A stretch of DNA of 64,000 nucleotides, taken from Polyangiales bacterium. GTDB taxonomy: Bacteria; Myxococcota_A; Polyangia; Polyangiales; Polyangiaceae. Location: positions 49,973 to 113,972 of the forward strand of contig JBBRLQ010000025.1 in NCBI GenBank assembly GCA_038231275.1, in the 5' to 3' direction. Shown here piece after piece: positions 8,051 to 15,770 of the stretch. Under the pieces are notes generated by a model that saw only the letters and a program-made list of their open reading frames with translations, did not search any database and was not told the DNA's origin. Each line of letters begins with the position of its first letter. Positions within the stretch are counted from its first letter, which is position 1. Position numbers and translations under genes: made by a program.

Positions 8051-9006
8051 GGCCCGGCATGCCCGGCCTGCAATCCACGATGACCTCGACCGACCTCGTC
8101 GCAAAGATCGCGAGCGCCAAAGAAGGCGCGACGGTGGTTCTGCCGCCGGGCCGGCATGACGTCTTCTCGCCGATCGTCCTCACCAAATCGGTGCGCGTGC
8201 GCGGCGCCGACGATGGGTCGACGGTCCTCGACGGTGGCAACGAGGGTGCGATCTTCATGCTCCTCGGCAACCGCAACCGCTACGGCTTCGAGACGCTCAC
8301 GTTCCAGTCGGCGGGCGGGAGGCAAGGCGGCGCGATCGTGGCCCCCAACCGCAACGAGGTGGAGTTCGAGGGCTGCCGCTTCGCCGACAACCACACGACG
8401 GTCGGCGGCGGAGCCGGCGTCCTCTATCACGCGCGCGGCGTCTTCCGTCGCTGCGTCTTCGAGCGCAACGTGTCGATGTGCGGCGGCGCGCTCGGCATCG
8501 GCAAGGACTGCGACCTCGCGCTCGACCGCTGCGTCTTCATCGACAACCGCGCGGACGCTGGCGGCGCGCTCTTCGTCGACGACACCGCGGCGCTCGAAAT
8601 CAAGAGCTGCACCTTCGTCCGCAACGTCGCCATCCAAGAGGCGTGCGGCGCGGCGCTCTACGTCTTCGGCACCGCGCAGGAAGGGCCCAGCGCCTTCATC
8701 GCGAACACCATCTTCACCGAAGAGGGCGCGCTGTCGGGCGACACCGGCGGGGGCATGGTCTTCGTGACGCACTCGGTCGTCCCGAAAGACGCGTTCCCCC
8801 GAAAAGGGTTCAAGGACGTCGGGGGCAACCACGCCGGCGCCGTGGAGCTCGTCGACCTCGGCGGCGGCGCCTTCGCCCTCTCGCGCTCGAGCCCCGCCGC
8901 AGGTATCGCCGATCTCAAACGCCTCGACCCCCGCGCGATCGACATCCGTGGGGAACCGCTGATCCAGGGCAGCCGCGCGAGCCCTGGCGCCCTCGCACCC
9001 GCGTAA
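8047..9006 (+). CDS. Right-handed parallel beta-helix (pectin-lyase-like, GGA/FxxN repeats) protein
   Basis: GATVVLPPG start motif; repeated C.F..N...GGAL/GGAI. GTGA overlap with the upstream stop; ATG 8059 or 8080 are alternative starts. Confidence 0.75.
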   Translation: MRPGMPGLQSTMTSTDLVAKIASAKEGATVVLPPGRHDVFSPIVLTKSVRVRGADDGSTVLDGGNEGAIFMLLGNRNRYGFETLTFQSAGGRQGGAIVAPNRNEVEFEGCRFADNHTTVGGGAGVLYHARGVFRRCVFERNVSMCGGALGIGKDCDLALDRCVFIDNRADAGGALFVDDTAALEIKSCTFVRNVAIQEACGAALYVFGTAQEGPSAFIANTIFTEEGALSGDTGGGMVFVTHSVVPKDAFPRKGFKDVGGNHAGAVELVDLGGGAFALSRSSPAAGIADLKRLDPRAIDIRGEPLIQGSRASPGALAPA

Positions 9007-9154
9007 CTCGGCGGAGAGAGGTAGGACCTCCTGCGCCCCAGTACGGCGATGGCACGTCTGCGGGGGAAAGCCGGCACCGGCGACGTATATCCTTAGTAGA
9101 CCCCTTCTATTTCACGTTCGGGAGACCGCCGCCGCGTACCAATGAGGGAGCCGA

Positions 9155-11851
9155 GTGTCCGTCACGTCCAATAACCTCAAGCTGGCGTTCGCCAATGGGA
9201 ACGAGTCGCTCGACGTGCGGCAGTTCTCCGTGCACGAGGGGATGAACGAGCTCTTCGAGGTGACGCTCCTCGCGATCTCGGACGACGCGGACGTCGACAT
9301 CAACGGCATCGTCGGCAAGGGCGCCGCGTTCAAGCTCGAGACGCCAAACCACCTCGCCGCGCACAGCGTCCGCGTCTGGGCCGGCGTCGTCGCGCAGATG
9401 TCGCAGGTCCACTCGGAGCGCGCGCCGGGCCAGTCGATGTACCAGCTCACGATCGTCCCCGACGTGTGGCGGACGACGCTTCGCAAGAACAACCGCATCT
9501 ACCAGCACAAAGACACGCCGACGATCGTGAAGGAGCTGCTCACGGAGTGGCAGATCACACCCGTCGACAAGCTGAAGAACAAATACGCGTGGCACGAGTA
9601 CGTCGTGCAGTACGGCGAGACCGACTTCGCGTTCATCTCGCGCCTCCTCGAGGACGCGGGCATCTCGTATTATTTCAGCCACGACAAGACGAGCGGCAAG
9701 GGCGCCGACATCACGAAGCTCGTCTTGTCCGACGAGCCGACGAACAAAGAGAACCTGCGGAGCGGCCCGCTCTCCTACGCCGGGCATCAAACGCCGCGCT
9801 TTGGCGCGGACATGGACTTCTGCGCGACGGTCACGCTCACGCAGCGCATGAAGCCCGGCAAGCAGACGATCCGCGACTACAACTTCCGCACGCCCCTCCT
9901 CAAGTCGTACAAGACGTCGAAGTCCGGCAAGAAGGACGAGGACAACTACGAGGAGTACCGGTACCAACCCGGCGGCTTCTGGTGGGACACGAAGAAGCCC
10001 GAGAAGGACGTCGCGGATCGCGATCACGCGCCGAACAACGACGAGCCCGGCGAGGGTCAGGCGCTCGCGAAGCGCACGATGGAAGCAGAGCGCCGCCGGC
10101 GGCTCCTCGTCGCCTTCCACACGAACGCGCTCGATCTCGCGCCTGGCAAGATCGTCGGCATCAACCAGGAGTCGGAGCACAAGAACCATCCGCGCAAGGA
10201 TCTGGCGCCCGACAAGAAGATCCTCCTGCTCGAGACGAACCTCGAGGGCGAGCACAACGGCGACTGGTCGATGACGTCGACCGGCGTCTTCGCCGACGTC
10301 CCGTACCGCCCCGAGCGTAAGACCCCGCGGCCGAAGGTCTACGGCCTGCAGAGCGCGTTCGTGGTCGGACCCCAGGGGCAAGAGGTCTTCACCGACGAGT
10401 ACGGCCGCGTCCGCGTGCAGTTCCACTGGGACCGCGAGGGCAAGTACGACGAGAACAGCTCGTGCTGGGTACGCGTGAGCCACGGCTGGGCGGGCGGCAA
10501 ATTCGGCATGATGGCGATCCCGCGCGTCGGCCACGAGGTGCTCGTCGAGTTCTTCGAAGGCGATCCCGATCACCCGGTCATCGCGGGGCGTGTCTACAAC
10601 GAGACGTCGCCCGTTCCGTGGACACTGCCCGCCGAAGCGACCAAGAGCGGCTGGCGCACCAACTCGCTGCCGTCGTCGCAGCCCGGCTACAACGAGCTCG
10701 TCTTCGAGGACGCGGCGGGCAAGGAAGAGATCCACTTCCAGGCGCAGAAGACGCTCTCGTCGATCATCAAGAACAACCAGTCGTCGAACATCGGCGGCAT
10801 GCGCACCGCGGCGATCAAGACCGCCGACTCTCTCGACGTCGGCGAGACGATGACGGTGCACGTCGGCGAGAACTACACCGAGGGCATCGGCCAGCACTAC
10901 ACGCTGTCGATCGGCAAGACGACGGGGATCGAGATCTCCGATCAGAAGATCGTTCTCTCGACCGGCGACGCCAGCCTTCAGCTCGAGAAGGACAAGATCA
11001 CCATCCAGGCGAAGGGCAACCTCCACTTCCACGCCGGGACCGGGATGGAGATCGGCTCCAAGAAGCCGGGCATGGTCATCCTTCAGGGGGGCAAGAACAT
11101 TCGCGTGAATGACGGCACGGCAGGCCCGAAGCCGACCGTCGCCACGGTCCCGCAACGCGATCCGCCGAAGCCCGCGACCGGCGGTCCGGACGGCACGCCG
11201 CCGGTCATCCCGAGCGGCGGTGGCAAGATCGACCCGCCCGGCAAAGTCGACGACGTCAAGGTCGACATGCCCGAGGAGAAGACCAGCGCGGCAAAGCAAG
11301 ACGAGGCCGCGAAGAAGGGTCCGAAGCCGCCGCCCGCGGCGCCGGACACATGGGTCAAGGACCACCCCGACGACATCAATGCGGCGCTCAAGGCGCAGCG
11401 CGACCTCTTGACCGCGAAACAGACCGAGCTGAAGACCTGGGACGACCCCGCAAAGGCGAATTTCAAGAAGTACTTCGGCACGACCTCCGACGAGGCGAAA
11501 ACGAAGATCTCCGACCGCATCGACAAGGAGCTGGATCTCAACTCCAAAATGACGAAGGACAACTTCCTCCAGGCGGAGAAGCACGAGGACGGGACGTTCG
11601 CGTACGTCTACCCCGACGACGCGACGCACAAGGTCTACCTCGACAGCGCGTTCGAGAGCGCGCCGCTCACCGGCAAGGACTCGAAGGCCGGCACGCTGGG
11701 CCACGAGATGAGCCACTTCAACGACATCGGCGGCACCAAGGACGTGATCTACGGCATCGGCCCCGCCATCAAGCTCGCGAAGAAGGACCCGACCAAGGCG
11801 CTCAATAACGCGGACAGCTTCGAGTACTACCTCGAGGGAGCGAAGTGGTGA
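9155..11851 (+). CDS. vgrG: Evolved VgrG (TssI) with C-terminal M35-like (aspzincin/Lys-specific) zinc metallopeptidase
   Basis: YVVQYGETDFAFISRLLEDAGI, TDEYGRVRVQFHWDR, PRVGHEVLVEFFEGDPD. C-terminus GTLGHEMSHF..IGGTKD..YG...NNADSFEYY. Confidence 0.93.
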   Translation: MSVTSNNLKLAFANGNESLDVRQFSVHEGMNELFEVTLLAISDDADVDINGIVGKGAAFKLETPNHLAAHSVRVWAGVVAQMSQVHSERAPGQSMYQLTIVPDVWRTTLRKNNRIYQHKDTPTIVKELLTEWQITPVDKLKNKYAWHEYVVQYGETDFAFISRLLEDAGISYYFSHDKTSGKGADITKLVLSDEPTNKENLRSGPLSYAGHQTPRFGADMDFCATVTLTQRMKPGKQTIRDYNFRTPLLKSYKTSKSGKKDEDNYEEYRYQPGGFWWDTKKPEKDVADRDHAPNNDEPGEGQALAKRTMEAERRRRLLVAFHTNALDLAPGKIVGINQESEHKNHPRKDLAPDKKILLLETNLEGEHNGDWSMTSTGVFADVPYRPERKTPRPKVYGLQSAFVVGPQGQEVFTDEYGRVRVQFHWDREGKYDENSSCWVRVSHGWAGGKFGMMAIPRVGHEVLVEFFEGDPDHPVIAGRVYNETSPVPWTLPAEATKSGWRTNSLPSSQPGYNELVFEDAAGKEEIHFQAQKTLSSIIKNNQSSNIGGMRTAAIKTADSLDVGETMTVHVGENYTEGIGQHYTLSIGKTTGIEISDQKIVLSTGDASLQLEKDKITIQAKGNLHFHAGTGMEIGSKKPGMVILQGGKNIRVNDGTAGPKPTVATVPQRDPPKPATGGPDGTPPVIPSGGGKIDPPGKVDDVKVDMPEEKTSAAKQDEAAKKGPKPPPAAPDTWVKDHPDDINAALKAQRDLLTAKQTELKTWDDPAKANFKKYFGTTSDEAKTKISDRIDKELDLNSKMTKDNFLQAEKHEDGTFAYVYPDDATHKVYLDSAFESAPLTGKDSKAGTLGHEMSHFNDIGGTKDVIYGIGPAIKLAKKDPTKALNNADSFEYYLEGAKW

Positions 11852-12279
11852 GCGACACGCAGCCCAACGTCCACGTCACGCTCTCGCTGCACTCCTCGGA
11901 GCAGCAGCTGGTGGCCACGCTCGTCTACAAGAACGCCGGGACGAACGTGGCGTTCATCGATCTCATCAACGGGTGCATCAAGGGCGAGCTGAAGAACGAC
12001 GTGTTCGAGATCGTCGCGCAAGTGGCGGGCGCACCGGCGAAGGAGCCGATTCGTTACAAGGGGCCGCGCCTGAAGCGTCGCCAGCCGACCCTCCCGGATT
12101 TTTTGCGCCTCGAGGCGGGCGCGGCCGCCGAAGCCAACGTCCGCCTCGACACGGGCTACGCGTTCCCGGCCGGCCGCGGCACGTACAAGATCGTCTACTC
12201 GTCTGTCCACCAATTCCCGCACAACGACGACTATTGGGAGCTCACGTCGAACGAGCTCACCGTCACGTTTCCGAAGTGA
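11848..12279 (+). CDS. Candidate immunity protein resembling an M35 peptidase pro-domain
   Basis: GTGA overlap with the vgrG stop; motif FEI...IRYKGPRLKRRQP...DFLRLEAG...VRLD.GY.F...GTYKIVY. Confidence 0.75.
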   Translation: MSDTQPNVHVTLSLHSSEQQLVATLVYKNAGTNVAFIDLINGCIKGELKNDVFEIVAQVAGAPAKEPIRYKGPRLKRRQPTLPDFLRLEAGAAAEANVRLDTGYAFPAGRGTYKIVYSSVHQFPHNDDYWELTSNELTVTFPK

Positions 12280-12305
12280 GAGTCCCCGGAGCGAGCACCT
12301 AGAAG

Positions 12306-15095
12306 ATGACCGCCACGTCCAACAACCTGAAGCTCGCGTTCGCCCACGGCGAAGACGCGCTGGACGTGCGTCATTTCTCCATCCACGAAGGGATGAGCGA
12401 GCTCTTCGAGGTGAGCGTCCTCGCCATTTCGGACGACGCGAACATCGACATCGACGATCTCGTCGGCCAAGGCGCCGCGCTGACCATGGTGATGCCGAAC
12501 TACCAGGCGCTCCACAAGAAGCGCGTCTGGACCGGCGTAGTGGCGCACGCGTCGCAGGTGCACGCCGAGGAGCACCCCGGCCAGTCGATGTACCACGTGA
12601 TGATCGTCCCCGACTTCTGGCGGACGACGCTCCGGCGCAACAGCCGCATCTACCAGCACAAGGACGTGCCGACGATCGTGAAGGAGATGCTCCTCGAGTG
12701 GGGGATCACGCCCGACACGAGCAACCTCAAGGCGAAGTACCCGCAGCTCGAGTACTGCGTGCAGTACGGCGAGACCGACTTCGCGTTCATCTCGCGCCTG
12801 CTCGAAGAGGCGGGCATCACCTACTTCTTCAAGCACGACGGGACGAGCGGCACCGGCACGAGCATCACGATCCTGATGCTGAGCGACACGCCGACCGACA
12901 AGGCGAACGAGCGCGGCGGCGTCCTCGCCTACGCGGGGCACCAGACGCCGGCGTTCGGGCGCGACAAGGACTTCTGCTCGACGGTGCTGGTCACGCAGCG
13001 CATGAAGCCGGGCAAATTCACGGTCCGCGACTTCAACTTCCGGACGCCGCTCCTCAAGTCGTACCAGACGGTCCCCTCGGGCAAAGCCGACGAGGACAAG
13101 TACGAGCAGTACGACTACGTCCCCGGCGCGTACTGGATCGATACCAAGCGCATCGAGAAGCCGGTGGCCGACGGCGGCACCGGACCGAACAACGACGAGC
13201 CGGGCGCAGGCAAAGACTTCGTGCAGCACGGCATGGAGGGCGAGCGCCGCCGCCGCCTCCAGGTCGCCTTCAACACGAACGCGACGGATCTGGCGCCCGG
13301 CAAGATCATCGGCATCAACCAGGAGTCGGACTCCAAGGACCATCCGCGCAAGGATCTCGCGCCCGCGAAGAAGATCCTCCTCATCGAGACGACCCTCGAG
13401 GGCGAGGCGACCGGCGAGTGGACGATGACGTGCAGCGGCGTGTTCGCGGAGTTCCCGTACCGCCCCGAGCGCCGGACACCGAAGCCGCGCATCTACGGCG
13501 TGCAGAGCGCGTTCGTCGTCGGCCCCGCCGGGCAAGAGGTCTACACCGACGAGTACGGCCGCGTCCGCGTTCAGTTCCACTGGGACCGCGAAGGCAAGTA
13601 CGACGAGAAGAGCTCGTGCTGGATGCGCGTCAGCCAGGGCTGGGCGGGCGGCAGCTTCGGCATGGTCAACCTGCCGCGCGTCGGTCACGAGGTGATGGTC
13701 GAGTTCTTCGAGGGCGATCCCGATCGTCCGATCGTGACCGGCCGCGCGCACAACGAGACCTCGCCGGTCACGTGGACGCTGCCTGAGCAGCAGACCAAGA
13801 GCGGCTGGCGCACCAACACGCTGCCGTCGTCGGCCAAGCTCGGTTACAACGAGATGGTCTTCGAGGACGCGGCGGCGAACGAGCTCATCCACTTCCAAGC
13901 GGAGAGCCTGCTGTCGTACGTCGTGAAGGACAGCGAGTCGGCGAGCATCGGCAAGGGCCGCTCAGTGACCATCGGCGGTCCCGACAAGAACGGTCAGCCG
14001 GTCGGCCTCGATACGCTCGACGTCGGCAAGACCGTGAGCCTCAACGTCGGCAAGACGTACGTGATCGGCGTCGGCAAGCAGTACTTGCTCTCGCTCGGGC
14101 AGACGACCGGCATCCTCATCACCGACAAGCGCATCGCGATGACGACGGGTCAGGCGAGCGTCACGCTCAACGGCACGAGCATCAACATCATGGCGCTCGG
14201 ATCCATCATCTGCAACGCCGGGGGTGCCGTCGAAATCACGTCGCAGAGCAACCCGATCCTGATTCAGGGCGGGGAGACCGTGCACTTCAACCCCGTGGGG
14301 AGCGGCCCGGCGCCGACCCCTGTGCCGGTACCGCCCGCGCATCCGCCCGCGCCGCCCGACGGCGGACCCGTGGGCACGCCGCCCGTGATCCCGAGCGGTC
14401 GCACGCCGGTGGATCCGCCGGGCCCGATCGAGGACGCGACGCTGGGAGGTCCGCCGCCGCCCAAGCCCTCCGCGGGCGGTGGCTCGGCCGATTCCCGCGA
14501 CAGCAAAGCGGGCACGCCGCCCGCCGCGCCGCCCCCGGCCGCGAAAGACGCCGTCACCGACTTGGGCGGTGGCATGAAGGCCAAGGGCACGCCGGGGTTC
14601 GTGTCGGCGGTGAAGGATCGCCTGACGACGATCGGAAAGACCACGACCGGCAAGGCGCTCCTCGGCGACATCGCGGCGAGCGGGCACACGGTCACGTTCG
14701 AGGAAACGGGCGACGACAACTCCTACTGCAGCCCGGTCGACCCCGTCGCGGCCGGCGGCAAGGGCAAGCCGACCAGCGTGGACGGGGTGGTCGGGACCGG
14801 GAAGGGCTCCGACTCCACCCTCGAGCTCAACCCCAATTTCACGATGCCGAACCCCGCAGGGAAACCCGAGCCGAACGACGGCGTCTTGTTCCACGAGCTC
14901 GTTCACGCCGACGACAATGCTCGCGGTCAGCGCGACCGGACGCTTGATCCGGTATGGGGCAATCTGGCCGAGAAGCACGCCCTGACGGCGGAAAACGGCT
15001 ACCTGAAAGAAATCGGCTACGGCTTTCACAACATCAATCACGAGGGGGGCTGGGCGCCGGACGCTCCCCCGCCCGCCCCGGTGAAAAAACCATGA
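12306..15095 (+). CDS. vgrG: Evolved VgrG with C-terminal M91-like zinc metallopeptidase
   Basis: Same VgrG core motifs. C-terminus L..I..TTTGKALL..I...G.GSDS...NP...LFHELVHA....G...E. Confidence 0.92.
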   Translation: MTATSNNLKLAFAHGEDALDVRHFSIHEGMSELFEVSVLAISDDANIDIDDLVGQGAALTMVMPNYQALHKKRVWTGVVAHASQVHAEEHPGQSMYHVMIVPDFWRTTLRRNSRIYQHKDVPTIVKEMLLEWGITPDTSNLKAKYPQLEYCVQYGETDFAFISRLLEEAGITYFFKHDGTSGTGTSITILMLSDTPTDKANERGGVLAYAGHQTPAFGRDKDFCSTVLVTQRMKPGKFTVRDFNFRTPLLKSYQTVPSGKADEDKYEQYDYVPGAYWIDTKRIEKPVADGGTGPNNDEPGAGKDFVQHGMEGERRRRLQVAFNTNATDLAPGKIIGINQESDSKDHPRKDLAPAKKILLIETTLEGEATGEWTMTCSGVFAEFPYRPERRTPKPRIYGVQSAFVVGPAGQEVYTDEYGRVRVQFHWDREGKYDEKSSCWMRVSQGWAGGSFGMVNLPRVGHEVMVEFFEGDPDRPIVTGRAHNETSPVTWTLPEQQTKSGWRTNTLPSSAKLGYNEMVFEDAAANELIHFQAESLLSYVVKDSESASIGKGRSVTIGGPDKNGQPVGLDTLDVGKTVSLNVGKTYVIGVGKQYLLSLGQTTGILITDKRIAMTTGQASVTLNGTSINIMALGSIICNAGGAVEITSQSNPILIQGGETVHFNPVGSGPAPTPVPVPPAHPPAPPDGGPVGTPPVIPSGRTPVDPPGPIEDATLGGPPPPKPSAGGGSADSRDSKAGTPPAAPPPAAKDAVTDLGGGMKAKGTPGFVSAVKDRLTTIGKTTTGKALLGDIAASGHTVTFEETGDDNSYCSPVDPVAAGGKGKPTSVDGVVGTGKGSDSTLELNPNFTMPNPAGKPEPNDGVLFHELVHADDNARGQRDRTLDPVWGNLAEKHALTAENGYLKEIGYGFHNINHEGGWAPDAPPPAPVKKP

Positions 15096-15742
15096 GCGGC
15101 ACTACGTCCGCGCGACCGCTGAGGATGACGGCGCTCCCAGGCTCAGCCAGCGGAGTGCAGCTCGCGGCCGATGTCTCGCTCGGCGACAGTGAGCTCAATC
15201 TCCACGCGCGGGTCGAGAACAAGGGGCGTGCTGCCATCTACGTCCTCCACGAGCTGTGGAGGATCGGGCCCGACAGGAACCCCGTGCGCGATCCCGAGCG
15301 CGCGTATCGCTCGCTCGCGCGCGACACTCTGCGCGTGCTGCTCGGAGTTCCGACGCTGCCCATCGACCGAACCGTACGTCTTCATATGAAGCCCTTCGCG
15401 GCGCGCGTCGAGCCGGGCGGTGCCCTCGATCTGCGCCTCGGGCTTCCGCTACCGACGCGCGAGTACAACCCCTACTACACCGACAAGCCCGAGACCGAGT
15501 ACCACGACGTAACCGCGAACGCGGTGGAGCTCTACGTCCAGCTCGTCACTCAGGGCGACGGCATCCACGCGCAGCCTGCCGGTTGGCCGTGGGCCGCGGG
15601 GCTCTACGACGTCGGTCCCGCGTTCGAGCTCGGCGGCCAGCATCGAGGGGAGTTCGTCGCCGCAGCCACGCAGCTTCCGGGATTCCGCGCGCTGCGGCGC
15701 GTCGGGGATTTCGCCCGCATGTCGAGAGAGGCAACGCCATGA
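15092..15742 (+). CDS. Candidate immunity protein for VgrG2
   Basis: ATGA overlap with the vgrG2 stop; 216 aa, beta-rich (L.L..RVEN.G...IYV). Confidence 0.7.
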   Translation: MSGTTSARPLRMTALPGSASGVQLAADVSLGDSELNLHARVENKGRAAIYVLHELWRIGPDRNPVRDPERAYRSLARDTLRVLLGVPTLPIDRTVRLHMKPFAARVEPGGALDLRLGLPLPTREYNPYYTDKPETEYHDVTANAVELYVQLVTQGDGIHAQPAGWPWAAGLYDVGPAFELGGQHRGEFVAAATQLPGFRALRRVGDFARMSREATP

Positions 15743-15770
15743 AGACCTCCATCGGTCGCGGAGGGCTGCG

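Noticed and set aside
9050..9066. TGGCACG upstream of vgrG1 as a sigma-54 promoter
   Set aside because: Good -24 box but no GC at the required -12 spacing.
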